Below, in pieces: positions 1 through 8,855 of a stretch of 32,000 nt of DNA. The notes under the pieces were generated by a model that worked only from the letters and a program-made list of their open reading frames with translations, was not told where the DNA came from and did no database searches. Within the stretch, counting starts at the first letter, position 1. Each line of letters starts with the position of its first letter. The DNA comes from Pseudomonas aeruginosa. GTDB taxonomy: Bacteria > Pseudomonadota > Gammaproteobacteria > Pseudomonadales > Pseudomonadaceae. The translations under genes were made by a program, and so were the position numbers. The DNA lies in contig NZ_LN831024.1 of NCBI RefSeq assembly GCF_001457615.1, forward strand, positions 3,660,001-3,692,000. The letters run 5' to 3'.

Positions 1-964
1 GCCAGAGCATGAAGTAGCCGCCGCCGCCGACCAGCAGCGCGAGAGCCAGGAAGGTCAGGGTCGGGAAACCGGGAATCAGGCCGAACAGCACCAGCAACAG
101 GCCGCCGATCAGCAGCGCCTTGGGCTGCGCCACCACCTGTTCGCCGATGTCGCTGCCGAGGTCCGCCGATTCGTCGGAAGACACCCGGGTGACGATGATC
201 CCGGCGGTGATGGCGATCAGCAACGCCGGCACCTGCGAGACCATGCCATCGCCGACGGTCAGCACCGCGTACAGTTGCAGCGCGTCGGCGGTGCTCAGGC
301 CCTTCTGCGTGACGCCGATGGCGATGCCGCCGAGGATGTTGACGACGATGATGATCAGCCCGGCGATGGCGTCGCCCTTGACGAACTTCATCGCGCCGTC
401 CATGGAGCCGAACATCTGGCTTTCCTTTTCGATCACCGCGCGCCGCGCCCGCGCCTCGTTGACATCGATCACGCCGGCACGCATGTCGCCGTCGATGCTC
501 ATCTGCTTGCCTGGCATGGCATCCAGGGAAAAGCGCGCGCTGACCTCGGCGACCCGCTCGGCACCCTTGGTGATCACCAGGAACTGCACGATGGTGATGA
601 TCAGGAAGATGATGATGCCCACCACCAGATTGCCGCCGACCACGAAGCTGCCGAAGGTGTTGACGATCTGCCCCGCGTCGGCCTGCAGCAGGATCATCCG
701 CGTGGTGCTCACCGACAGCGCCAGGCGGAACAGCGTGGTGATCAGCAGCACCGCCGGGAACACCGAGAACTGCAACGGCGAGCCGATGTACACCGACATC
801 ATCAGCAGGACCACGGAGATGGTGATGTTGACGGCGATGAGGATGTCCAGCAGCAGCGGTGGCAGCGGCAGCACCATCATGAACACCACCGCCAGCAGCA
901 ACACCACCAGCAGGATGTCCTTGCGCTCGCCGACCCGGCCGAGAAGCCCGCTCAGGTCGTTCAT
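1..964 (-). CDS. pcrD: T3SS inner-membrane export gate protein PcrD (SctV/YscV family), N-terminal part; truncated by window edge
   Basis: Reverse-strand reading from the ATG complement at 962-964 gives [59 protein letters not shown]..., typical SctV N-terminus with [24 protein letters not shown]. Overlaps pcr4 stop. Confidence 0.96.
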   Translation of the reverse strand, partial: MNDLSGLLGRVGERKDILLVVLLLAVVFMMVLPLPPLLLDILIAVNITISVVLLMMSVYIGSPLQFSVFPAVLLITTLFRLALSVSTTRMILLQADAGQIVNTFGSFVVGGNLVVGIIIFLIITIVQFLVITKGAERVAEVSARFSLDAMPGKQMSIDGDMRAGVIDVNEARARRAVIEKESQMFGSMDGAMKFVKGDAIAGLIIIVVNILGGIAIGVTQKGLSTADALQLYAVLTVGDGMVSQVPALLIAITAGIIVTRVSSDESADLGSDIGEQVVAQPKALLIGGLLLVLFGLIPGFPTLTFLALALLVGGGGYFMLW

Positions 965-1290
965 TCCCGCGCCTCCAGCTCCAGCGCCCGGGCGTGCGCG
1001 GCACGCGCCGCGTCGAGACGCCCGGCGAGCTGTTCGGCACGGCTCAGGCAACGCCACAGACCGGGCTCCTCCTCGCCATCCTCCTGCAACTGCCGGCACA
1101 GGCGCACGGCGGGCTCGCCGAGGCCTTGCTGGAGCAACGCCAGGAGCAAGGCGCGGCGCCCGTCGCGGCGCTCCGGCGCAACGCTCAGCAAGGCCTCCAG
1201 CAACACCTGGGCGCGTCGCGGCTGGCCGCATTGCAGGTGCAGCCAGCCCAGCATCAGCAACAGGCGCTGTTGCGTCGGTTTCAACGTCAT
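961..1290 (-). CDS. pcr4: T3SS chaperone Pcr4 (YscY-like), 109 aa
   Basis: [37 protein letters not shown]...; position between pcr3 and pcrD, TPR-like composition. Confidence 0.93.
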   Translation of the reverse strand: MTLKPTQQRLLLMLGWLHLQCGQPRRAQVLLEALLSVAPERRDGRRALLLALLQQGLGEPAVRLCRQLQEDGEEEPGLWRCLSRAEQLAGRLDAARAAHARALELEARE

Positions 1291-1294
1291 CGAT

Positions 1295-1660
1295 TCATAC
1301 CTTGTGCAACAGGTTCAGGGCCATTTGCAGCAGTCGCTCGTCTTCATCGCGCTCGCCGAGCAGGCAGGCCGCGGCCTGCAGGGCCGGCTGGCGGGGCAGC
1401 GTGAGGGCCAGACGGAGATCGCGCAGCGCCTGGCGGAAGTCGCCGGGGCGCAGCAGGCCGTGCAACTCCAGCTGGGGCCGGGCGTAGTCGAACAGGCGCT
1501 GTTGCGCCTGCTGCGCGGGATACAGGCTGGCGACGTGGGTCTCCACCGGCCGGCCGTCGGGCGCCAGCAGATGGCGCTCCGGCAGGGGCGGCGCGAACGG
1601 CTCGGCATGCGCCAGGTCGAGTCGTTCGATGCCGATGTGCCAGGCACCGACCCGGCTCAT
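1295..1660 (-). CDS. pcr3: T3SS protein Pcr3 (YscX-like), 121 aa
   Basis: Start chosen at MSRVGAWHIGIERLDLAHAEP... within the longer 1295..1822 ORF; overlaps pcr2 stop by 4 nt. Confidence 0.9.
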   Translation of the reverse strand: MSRVGAWHIGIERLDLAHAEPFAPPLPERHLLAPDGRPVETHVASLYPAQQAQQRLFDYARPQLELHGLLRPGDFRQALRDLRLALTLPRQPALQAAACLLGERDEDERLLQMALNLLHKV

Positions 1661-2028
1661 GCGGCGAGCACTTCGCTGCGCGCCGAGCGCAGCGCCTGCA
1701 AGGCCTGGTGCAGCGTCGGCATGCCGACCTGCCGGGCTTCCAGGGTGATGCACAGCAGCAGGCGCGATTCGCCGCTCCAGGCGCAACGCAGCGGCAGGCT
1801 CCCGGCCGCGCGCGCATGGCACAGGCGCAACGCCCGCAGGGTGCCGCGATAGGCCTGGTGCCAGGCCAGGTCACAGGCCAGCCAGAGCGACAACTGTTCG
1901 CCATGGCGTTCCAGCTGCAAGGTGCCGCTGTCCTCGAAATCCAGTTGCACCACGCGCGCCAGCGGCGCCGGTACGCTCACCCGCAGGTCCTGGCAGAACT
2001 GCGCGACGGCCAGCTCAACCCAGTCCAT
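1657..2028 (-). CDS. pcr2: T3SS chaperone Pcr2 (SycN-like), 123 aa
   Basis: Start at MDWVELAVAQFCQDLRVSVPA... (CAT at 2026-2028) within longer ORF 1657..2082; class I T3S chaperone-like. Confidence 0.91.
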   Translation of the reverse strand: MDWVELAVAQFCQDLRVSVPAPLARVVQLDFEDSGTLQLERHGEQLSLWLACDLAWHQAYRGTLRALRLCHARAAGSLPLRCAWSGESRLLLCITLEARQVGMPTLHQALQALRSARSEVLAA

Positions 2029-2293
2029 GCTGCTGCTCCTCTTCGCGCTCGATCGCCAGGTCGAGTGCCATCTGGCAGGCATTCAAAAGATTCTGGCGCT
2101 GCTCGTCGTCGCCGAACACTTCGACCGGCAACAGGCGGTAGAGACGCTTCAGTTCGCGGAAGAAATGGATCTGCCGGGCGACGTCGGCCAGCGGCAACGG
2201 CTCGAGCAACGCCTGCACCTCGGCGACGCCGACCCAGCGCTTCTCGAGCAAGGCGATGACTGCGCCGGTCAATTCAGAAGGCCCGTATGCCAT
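2015..2293 (-). CDS. pcr1: T3SS gatekeeper subunit Pcr1 (TyeA-like), 92 aa
   Basis: MAYGPSELTGAVIALLEKRWVGVAEVQALLEPLPLADVARQIHFFRELKRLYRLLPVEVF...; directly downstream of and overlapping popN. Confidence 0.93.
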   Translation of the reverse strand: MAYGPSELTGAVIALLEKRWVGVAEVQALLEPLPLADVARQIHFFRELKRLYRLLPVEVFGDDEQRQNLLNACQMALDLAIEREEEQQHGLG

Positions 2294-3140
2294 GGCCCCG
2301 CTCCCCCGTCACCAGCACCTGCCAGAGCGCCCCCACCTGCTCCGCCAGGCCGCCGAGCACGCGCAGCTTGTGCATGTCGCTCATGACCCGCTCCAGCTTC
2401 ACCGGATCGAGCCGGCTCGACTGACTGTCCAGGTCGGCGCTCAGGGCTTTCTGCAGGAAGGCCACGACCCGCTCCAGCGGCGTCGCGGCGAAGCGCGCCT
2501 GGATGTCCTGCCAGGCCGCCGACAGGCCCCGGTAGTCGAGTACTGCGTCACGGTAGGTATCGCGCAGCGCCTGGATATCGCCGACACCGGCGGCGGAAGC
2601 CTCGGCGGCCAGCGGCTCGATGCGCAGGCCGAGTTCGATCTCCAGGCCCTGCTCGTCGGCCATCCGCAGCAACGCCTGGTCGACCAGCGCCAGCATCGCC
2701 CGCGCCTCCGGCCGCCCGGCCAGGACGTCGCGCGCCCGCGACAGCGCCAGGAAGCGCTGGCTGATCTCGCTGGAGAAGCCCTCCAGGTAAGCGCTGAGCT
2801 GCGCCAGGCTGCTCAGTTGACCGCTGCCCAGGTGGGCGATCAGCGCCTCGAGCTTCTGCTGGCTTTCCAGGTCCGGAATGCGCTTCCAGTACTCCTGCAG
2901 CATGGCCTGGACTTCGCTCAGGCGCGCATGGGCGTCGCTCAGGCGGCGCTTGGCCAGGGATTTCTCGGCGCGCTCGGAAAAGGCGAAGGTCAGCTCTTCC
3001 GCGGCATCGGCCAGCGACTGCGAAACGGAGACGTAGTGGACGCGCTCGCCCTGGAAGCTGCCGCCGGCCTGCTGCGCGGGGGCGTTGGCCGCTTCCCGCG
3101 GCGCGAGGGGCGCGGCGGAGGAACTCTGGAGGATGTCCAT
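2274..3140 (-). CDS. popN: T3SS gatekeeper PopN (YopN/SctW family), 288 aa
   Basis: MDILQSSSAAPLAPREAANAPAQQAGGSFQGERVHYVSVSQSLADAAEELTFAFSERAEKSLAKRRL... Confidence 0.95.
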   Translation of the reverse strand: MDILQSSSAAPLAPREAANAPAQQAGGSFQGERVHYVSVSQSLADAAEELTFAFSERAEKSLAKRRLSDAHARLSEVQAMLQEYWKRIPDLESQQKLEALIAHLGSGQLSSLAQLSAYLEGFSSEISQRFLALSRARDVLAGRPEARAMLALVDQALLRMADEQGLEIELGLRIEPLAAEASAAGVGDIQALRDTYRDAVLDYRGLSAAWQDIQARFAATPLERVVAFLQKALSADLDSQSSRLDPVKLERVMSDMHKLRVLGGLAEQVGALWQVLVTGERGHGIRAF

Positions 3141-3174
3141 CGTGGCTGTGGTTCCTGGTCTGCAAAGGCGGCGC

Positions 3175-3180
3175 AGTATA
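3175..3180 (-). promoter_or_regulatory. -10 element TATACT of popN promoter
   Basis: Plus-strand agtata; position 47-52 counting from first A of the upstream ExsA-like site. Confidence 0.7.
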
Positions 3181-3201
3181 GGAACCGGTCCAGTGCCGCC
3201 G

Positions 3202-3226
3202 ATGCCAATATCGGCCGGTTTTTTTT
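3202..3226 (-). promoter_or_regulatory. ExsA-like activator site for popN operon
   Basis: Minus-strand AAAAAAAACCGGCCGATATTGGCAT fits the A-rich box / GRC / TG..A architecture of ExsA sites; followed by TATACT at 3180-3175 and then popN ATG at 3140. Confidence 0.8.
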
Positions 3227-3249
3227 AGCCGCGGCGGCAACCGATTTCT

Positions 3250-3274
3250 AAAAACTCCCGGCTGGCACTGAAAT
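3250..3274 (+). promoter_or_regulatory. ExsA-like activator site for pscN operon
   Basis: AAAAACTCCCGGCTGGCACTGAAAT; same spacing of A-tract, GGC and TG as the opposing popN site; TATAGT follows at 3295-3300. Confidence 0.82.
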
Positions 3275-3294
3275 TCGTCGCGCGAGGCTTTCTC

Positions 3295-3300
3295 TATAGT
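3295..3300 (+). promoter_or_regulatory. -10 element TATAGT of pscN promoter
   Basis: Position 46-51 counting from first A of the ExsA-like site; 30 nt upstream of pscN ATG. Confidence 0.7.
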
Positions 3301-3330
3301 GCGCGCCGACTCCAGCCGAACCGACCCGCC

Positions 3331-4653
3331 ATGCCCGCGCCTCTCTCTCCTCTCATCGTCCGGATGCGCCACGCCATCGAAGGCTGCCGGCCGATCCAGA
3401 TCCGCGGGCGGGTCACCCAGGTCACCGGAACCCTGCTCAAGGCCGTGGTGCCCGGCGTGCGCATCGGCGAACTCTGCCAGTTGCGCAATCCCGACCAGAG
3501 CCTGGCGCTGCTCGCCGAGGTCATCGGCTTCCAGCAGCACCAGGCGCTGCTCACCCCGCTCGGCGAGATGCTCGGGGTTTCCTCCAACACCGAAGTCAGC
3601 CCTACCGGCGGCATGCATCGCGTGGCGGTCGGCGAGCACCTGCTCGGGCAGGTGCTCGACGGCCTCGGCCGCCCCTTCGACGGCAGCCCGCCGGCCGAGC
3701 CGGCGGCCTGGTATCCGGTCTACCGGGATGCCCCGCCGCCGATGAGCCGGCGCCTGATAGAGCGGCCGCTATCGCTGGGTGTGCGCGCCATCGACGGCCT
3801 GCTGACCTGCGGCGAAGGCCAGCGCATGGGCATTTTCGCTGCCGCCGGCGGCGGCAAGAGCACCCTGCTGGCCAGCCTGGTGCGCAATGCCGAGGTGGAT
3901 GTGACGGTACTCGCCCTGGTCGGCGAACGCGGTCGCGAAGTCCGCGAGTTCATCGAAAGCGACCTCGGCGAACAGGGGCTGCGCCGCTCGGTGCTGGTGG
4001 TCGCCACCTCCGACCGACCGGCGATGGAACGCGCCAAGGCCGGTTTCGTCGCCACCAGCATCGCCGAGTATTTCCGCGATCAGGGTCGCCGCGTCCTGCT
4101 GCTGATGGACTCGCTGACCCGCTTCGCCAGGGCCCAGCGCGAAATCGGCCTGGCGGCCGGTGAACCGCCCACCCGCCGCGGCTATCCGCCATCGGTGTTC
4201 GCCGCGCTGCCACGCTTGATGGAGCGTGCCGGGCAATCCGAGCGGGGCTCGATCACCGCGCTCTACACCGTGCTGGTGGAAGGCGACGACATGAGCGAGC
4301 CGGTGGCCGACGAGACCCGCTCGATTCTCGACGGGCACATCGTGCTGTCGCGCAAGCTGGCCGCCGCCAACCACTATCCGGCCATCGACGTGCTGCACTC
4401 GGTGAGCCGGGTCATGAACCAGATCGTCGACGACGATCAGCGCCATGCGGCCGGACGCTTGCGCGAATGGCTGGCGAAGTACGAGGAAGTCGAGTTGCTG
4501 CTGAAGATCGGCGAATACCAGAAAGGCCAGGACAGCGAAGCCGACCAGGCCATCGAGAAGATCGGGGCGATCCGCCAGTGGCTGCGCCAGGGTACCCACG
4601 AAACCAGCGATTACGCACAGGCCTGCGCGCAGTTGCGGAGCCTCTGCGCATGA
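3331..4653 (+). CDS. pscN: T3SS ATPase PscN (SctN), 440 aa
   Basis: FliI/SctN-type ATPase with Walker [15 protein letters not shown] and [18 protein letters not shown] Walker B region. Confidence 0.97.
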   Translation: MPAPLSPLIVRMRHAIEGCRPIQIRGRVTQVTGTLLKAVVPGVRIGELCQLRNPDQSLALLAEVIGFQQHQALLTPLGEMLGVSSNTEVSPTGGMHRVAVGEHLLGQVLDGLGRPFDGSPPAEPAAWYPVYRDAPPPMSRRLIERPLSLGVRAIDGLLTCGEGQRMGIFAAAGGGKSTLLASLVRNAEVDVTVLALVGERGREVREFIESDLGEQGLRRSVLVVATSDRPAMERAKAGFVATSIAEYFRDQGRRVLLLMDSLTRFARAQREIGLAAGEPPTRRGYPPSVFAALPRLMERAGQSERGSITALYTVLVEGDDMSEPVADETRSILDGHIVLSRKLAAANHYPAIDVLHSVSRVMNQIVDDDQRHAAGRLREWLAKYEEVELLLKIGEYQKGQDSEADQAIEKIGAIRQWLRQGTHETSDYAQACAQLRSLCA

Positions 4654-5126
4654 GCCTGGCGCTGCTGTTGCGCGTCCGACGCCTGCGCCTGGACCGGGCC
4701 GAGCGCGCCCAGGGCCGCCAATTGCTACGGGTTCGCGCCGCGGCGCAGGAACACACCGAGCGCCAGGCGGCGCAACGGGACTACCGCGACTGGCGACTGG
4801 CCGAAGAGCAACGGCTGTTTCTCGCCTGCCAGGCGGCCATGCTCGACCGCCGGCGCCTGGAAGCCTGGCAGCAGCAGGTAGGACTGCTGCGGGAAAAGGA
4901 AGCCGGCCTGGAACAGGACTGCGCCGAGACCGCGCAGCACCTCGAAGGGGAGCGCGAGCGCCTGCGGCAGTGCCGGCGAGAACTGCTGGAACGCCAGCGG
5001 CAACTGGAGAAGTTCGCCGAACTGGAGCGCCACGTCGACGCCGAGCGCCAGGGGCTGCGCGAACGCAGCGAGGAAGGCGAACTGGAAGAATTCACCCGCC
5101 ACGAGACCTGGCCATGCTCAAGCTGA
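4650..5126 (+). CDS. pscO: T3SS stalk protein PscO (SctO), 158 aa
   Basis: Start at [21 protein letters not shown]... (ATG 4650) inside ORF 4467..5126; coiled-coil composition; overlaps pscN stop by 4 nt. Confidence 0.93.
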   Translation: MSLALLLRVRRLRLDRAERAQGRQLLRVRAAAQEHTERQAAQRDYRDWRLAEEQRLFLACQAAMLDRRRLEAWQQQVGLLREKEAGLEQDCAETAQHLEGERERLRQCRRELLERQRQLEKFAELERHVDAERQGLRERSEEGELEEFTRHETWPCSS

Positions 5127-6225
5127 ACGCCGTGGATACGGCTCCGCTCGTGTCGTCCGACACCCCTGCCCCCCTTCCGCCGCTGCGCGCGCAGCAGATC
5201 GCCTTCGAACAGGCCCTGCCCGCGCACCGACCGCCGGCGCCCAGGCCACCGTTCGACAAGGGCGACGAAACGACAGAGGCCGAAGAGCCCGCCGCGACAG
5301 CCGACGCGCCGACCTCGACGCCTCTCGCCGACCAGCCCGCGGCGCCTGCCGCCGACCGGCCGCCGACCACTCGGCAAGCCCCCGTGCCAGTTGCCGCGGA
5401 CGCAACGCCAACGCCAACGCCAACGCCAACGCCAACGCCAACGCCAACGCCAACGCCAACGCCAACAGTGTCGCCGTCCGGATCGGTAGCACGGCAAGCG
5501 CCGGCGGTCTCCGCGCGCGTCGCGGCGTCCACGCAAGCCCGGGAGCCGGCCAGCGTTTCGGCGCCTCCGGTCGACGAACCGCCGCTGGTGCCGGTGTCCT
5601 CCCACCCGCAAATCGCAGGTCGGACGCATGAGCGGCCGCAGCCCGGCCCCGGCTTCCCGGCGAAAACCGCAGCCGAGGTCGCGCCCACGGCGCAGGCCAG
5701 TGTCCAGGCTTCGCCGCCCGCGCCGACAGCGGGCGGCGAAGGCCGCGGAGAGGAGCGTCGGCAACCCGGAGAAACCGATCCATCCGCACTGCCCCCGACG
5801 ACCATGCGCCTGTGCCACTGCCTGCCATGCAAACCCCCGGCGACCGCCTGCTGGCACGCCTGCTGGCATCGAGCGGGAGCCGGCCACTGCCGCTGGCCGA
5901 TCTCGCGCGCCTGCTCGATGCCGTGCAGGCGCGTATCCAGGTCGCCAGCGCAGCCGAAAGCCATGCGGCGCGCCTGCAGGTGCGACTGCCCCAGCTCGGC
6001 GCCGTGGAGGTGCAGGTCCTGCATGGCCATGGCCAGTTGCAGGTCGAGATCAGTGCCAGCCCCGGCAGCCTGGCGTTTCTCCAGCAAGCCCGTGGCGAGT
6101 TGCTCGAACGCCTGCAACGGCTGCATCCGGAACAACCGGTGCAACTCACCTTCAACCAGCAGCAGGACAGCGGCCAGCGCTCGCGGCAACGTCGCTACCT
6201 GCATGAAGAGTGGCAAGCCGAATGA
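5114..6225 (+). pseudogene. pscP: T3SS needle-length regulator PscP (SctP), apparent frameshift near 5792-5812
   Basis: N-terminal part [27 protein letters not shown]...GETDPSALPP reads in the frame of 5114; C-terminal T3S4-like part VPLPAMQTPGDRLLARLLASSGSRPLPLADLARLLDAVQARIQVAS...LHEEWQAE reads in the frame of 5812 and ends at 6225. 5114..6225 is 1112 nt, not a multiple of 3. Identity is strong; whether it is a true lesion, a recoding event or an assembly error is unknown. Confidence 0.82.
5405..5464 (+). repeat. Perfect hexanucleotide tandem repeat (ACGCCA)x10 encoding (Thr-Pro)x10 inside pscP
   Basis: Direct count of ten contiguous acgcca units, in frame with pscP start. Confidence 0.97.
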
Positions 6226-7151
6226 ACGGTACGGACCTCGACCTGCCGCTCGCCAGCCGCGCCGAACTGGATCTCCAGCGACGTCTCGCGCGTTGCCGTC
6301 GCCACTATGTCGGCAACGCTTTGCAAGCGCGCCTGGACATCGCCCAGGCCGCCCCCGACGTCGATCTCGAACTGAGCCTGGCGTGGGACGGCCTGCCCCT
6401 GCGCTTTCTCTGCCAGGCTCCGGCGCTGGCCCACTGGCTCGCGCCGAACCTGCAGGAGGCAGCCTTCGCCAGCCTGCCGGCGGCACTGCAACTGGCCTTG
6501 CTGGAGCGCGAAGGCAACGTCTTTCCCGGCCTGGTCTGGTACGGCCTGAGCCCGGCGCAACCACGCGCTGCGATGGGCCTGCGTCTGAGCCTGGAACGCG
6601 ACGACCAGCGCCTGGCGCTCTGGCTCGACGGCGATCCCGCGACGCTGCTGGCACGCCTGCCGCCGCGCCCCTCGACGCAACGCCTGGCCATACCGCTGCG
6701 CCTGTCGCTGCAATGGCCCGGCCTGCCGCTGGACGCCAGCGAGCTGCGCACCCTGGAGCCCGGCGACCTGTTGCTGCTGCCTGCCGGTCATCGCCCCGAC
6801 GCAGCGCTGCTGGGGGTTCTCGAAGGACGCCCCTGGGCGCGCTGCCAACTCCACTCCACGCAACTGGAACTGCTCGACATGCACGACACCCCCTCCCTCG
6901 CCGACGGCGAGGACCTGCACGAACTCGACCAACTGCCGATCCCGGTCAGCTTCGAGGTCGGCCGCCGCACCCTGGACCTGCATACCCTCTCCACCCTGCA
7001 GCCAGGCTCGCTGCTCGATCTCGACAGTGCCCTGGACGGCGAAGTGCGCATCCTCGCCAACCAGCGCTGCCTCGGTATCGGCGAACTGGTCAGGCTCCAG
7101 GATCGGCTCGGGGTGCGCGTAACCCGCCTGTTCGGACACGACGAAGCATGA
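6222..7151 (+). CDS. pscQ: T3SS cytoplasmic C-ring/sorting platform protein PscQ (SctQ), 309 aa
   Basis: MNGTDLDLPLASRAELDLQRRLARC...; C-terminal SPOA-like LDQLPIPVSFEVGRRTLDLHTLSTLQPGSLLDLDSALDGEVRILANQRCLGIGELV. Start overlaps pscP stop by 4 nt. Confidence 0.94.
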   Translation: MNGTDLDLPLASRAELDLQRRLARCRRHYVGNALQARLDIAQAAPDVDLELSLAWDGLPLRFLCQAPALAHWLAPNLQEAAFASLPAALQLALLEREGNVFPGLVWYGLSPAQPRAAMGLRLSLERDDQRLALWLDGDPATLLARLPPRPSTQRLAIPLRLSLQWPGLPLDASELRTLEPGDLLLLPAGHRPDAALLGVLEGRPWARCQLHSTQLELLDMHDTPSLADGEDLHELDQLPIPVSFEVGRRTLDLHTLSTLQPGSLLDLDSALDGEVRILANQRCLGIGELVRLQDRLGVRVTRLFGHDEA

Positions 7152-7801
7152 TCCAGTTGCCCGACGAGCTCGGCCTGATCCTCGGCCTGGCCCTGCTCGC
7201 GCTGGTCCCGTTCATCGCGGTGATGGCGACCTCCTTCATCAAGATGACCGTGGTCTTCTCGCTGCTGCGCAACGCCCTGGGCGTCCAGCAGATTCCGCCG
7301 AACATGGCGATGTACGGGCTGGCGATCATCCTCAGCCTGTACGTGATGGCACCGGTCGGCTTCGCCACCCGCGACTACCTGCGCAACCACGACGTCAGCC
7401 TGAGCGACTCGGCATCGGTGGAACGCTTTCTCGACGAGGGCATGGCGCCCTACCGGAACTTCCTCAAGCGGCAGATCCAGGAGCGCGAACACACCTTCTT
7501 CATGGAAAGCACCCGCCAGGTCTGGCCCAGCGAATACGCCGAGCGGCTCGACCCGGACAGCCTGCTGATCCTGCTGCCGGCCTTCACCGTCAGCGAACTG
7601 ACCCGTGCCTTCGAGATCGGCTTCCTGATCTACCTACCCTTCATCGCCATCGACCTGATCATCTCCAACATCCTCCTGGCGATGGGCATGATGATGGTGT
7701 CGCCGATGACCATTTCCCTGCCGTTCAAGCTGCTCCTGTTCGTCCTCCTCGACGGCTGGGCGCGGCTGACCCACGGCCTGGTCATCAGCTACGGAGGCTG
7801 A
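7148..7801 (+). CDS. pscR: T3SS export apparatus protein PscR (SctR), 217 aa
   Basis: MIQLPDELGLILGLALLALVPFIAVMATSFIKMTVVFSLLRNALGVQQIPPNMAMYGLAIILSLYVMAPVG; FliP/SctR signature. Confidence 0.97.
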   Translation: MIQLPDELGLILGLALLALVPFIAVMATSFIKMTVVFSLLRNALGVQQIPPNMAMYGLAIILSLYVMAPVGFATRDYLRNHDVSLSDSASVERFLDEGMAPYRNFLKRQIQEREHTFFMESTRQVWPSEYAERLDPDSLLILLPAFTVSELTRAFEIGFLIYLPFIAIDLIISNILLAMGMMMVSPMTISLPFKLLLFVLLDGWARLTHGLVISYGG

Positions 7802-7803
7802 CC

Positions 7804-8070
7804 ATGAGCAGCGCCGACATCCTCCACTTCACCAACCAGACCCTGTGGCTGGTGCTGGTCCTGTCGCTGCCGCCGGTACTGGTCGCGGCCCTGATCGGCA
7901 CCCTGGTATCGCTGGTCCAGGCGCTCACCCAGATCCAGGAGCAGACCCTCGGCTTCGTCGCCAAGCTGGTGGCCGTGGTGGTGGTACTGTTCGCCACCAG
8001 CGGCTGGCTGGGCGGCGAGCTGTACCGTTTCGCCGAAATGACCCTGCTGAAGGTGCCGCTGGTGCGATGA
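7804..8070 (+). CDS. pscS: T3SS export apparatus protein PscS (SctS), 88 aa
   Basis: MSSADILHFTNQTLWLVLVLSLPPVLVAALIGTLVSLVQALTQIQEQTLGFVAKLVAV; FliQ family. Confidence 0.97.
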   Translation: MSSADILHFTNQTLWLVLVLSLPPVLVAALIGTLVSLVQALTQIQEQTLGFVAKLVAVVVVLFATSGWLGGELYRFAEMTLLKVPLVR

Positions 8071-8855
8071 GCGTCCAGGACCTGCAGCAACTGCTGCTGA
8101 CCTACAGCCTGCTGCTGCCGCGGATCATCAGTTGCTTCGTGGTCCTGCCGGTGCTGGCCAAGCAAACCCTGGGCGGCGGCCTGGTGCGCAACGGCGTGGC
8201 CTGCTCGCTGGCGCTGTTCGCCTACCCGATCGTCGCCGGCAGCCTGCCGCCGGCCCTCGACGCGCTGGACATCGCCCTGCTGATCGGCAAGGAAGTGCTG
8301 CTCGGCCTGCTCATCGGCTTCGTCGCCACCATTCCCTTCTGGGCCATGGAAGCGACCGGCTTCATCATCGACAACCAGCGTGGCGCGGCACTCGCCTCGA
8401 CCTTCAACCCCAGCCTGGGCAGCCAGACCAGCCCCACCGGGCTGTTGCTGACGCAGACGCTGATCACCCTGTTCTTCTCCGGCGGCGCCTTCCTCGCGCT
8501 GGTCGGCTCGCTGTTCAGGAGCTATGCCAGTTGGCCGGTGAGCAGTTTCTTCCCGCAGCTCGGCAGCCAATGGGTGGCATTCTTCTACGCGCAGTTCTCG
8601 CAGATGCTGATGCTCTGCGCGCTGTTCGCCGCGCCGCTGCTGATCGCCATGTTCCTCGCCGAGTTCGGCCTGGCGCTGGTCAGCCGCTTCGCCCCGTCGC
8701 TGAACGTGTTCATCCTCGCCATGCCGATCAAGAGCCTGGTGGCCAGCCTGCTGCTGGTGCTCTACCTGGGCATCCTCATGGAGCACGCCTACGATGCCCT
8801 GCTGCTCGCCGTCGACCCGCTGCGCCTGCTGCGTCCCGTGCTGGAGACGCCATGA
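8067..8855 (+). CDS. pscT: T3SS export apparatus protein PscT (SctT), 262 aa
   Basis: Start MSVQDLQQLLLTYSLLLPRIISCFVVLPVLAKQTLGGG (ATG 8067) within ORF 7845..8855; FliR family. Confidence 0.96.
   Translation: MSVQDLQQLLLTYSLLLPRIISCFVVLPVLAKQTLGGGLVRNGVACSLALFAYPIVAGSLPPALDALDIALLIGKEVLLGLLIGFVATIPFWAMEATGFIIDNQRGAALASTFNPSLGSQTSPTGLLLTQTLITLFFSGGAFLALVGSLFRSYASWPVSSFFPQLGSQWVAFFYAQFSQMLMLCALFAAPLLIAMFLAEFGLALVSRFAPSLNVFILAMPIKSLVASLLLVLYLGILMEHAYDALLLAVDPLRLLRPVLETP

Noticed and set aside
4781-5887. 368-aa minus-strand ORF with WRWRWRWR tract
   Set aside because: Another antisense reading of the hexamer repeat; the low-complexity string is a by-product, not a real peptide repeat.
5092-6654. 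520-aa minus-strand ORF with (GV)n tract over pscP/pscQ
   Set aside because: Antisense shadow of the ACGCCA repeat and GC-rich codons; no recognisable domain or start context.
4970-7801. 943-codon open frame spanning pscP, pscQ and pscR
   Set aside because: It joins the pscP N-terminal frame, an out-of-frame stretch over the pscP C-terminus and pscQ, and the real pscR frame. Lack of stops is expected in GC-rich DNA; real genes are supported by family motifs and 4-nt stop/start overlaps.
8132-8851. Upstream 240-codon extension of pscU in the 8132..9901 ORF
   Set aside because: Overlaps pscT in another frame; the true PscU begins at MSAEKTEQPTAKKLRDARRQG (8852), which matches SctU N-termini.
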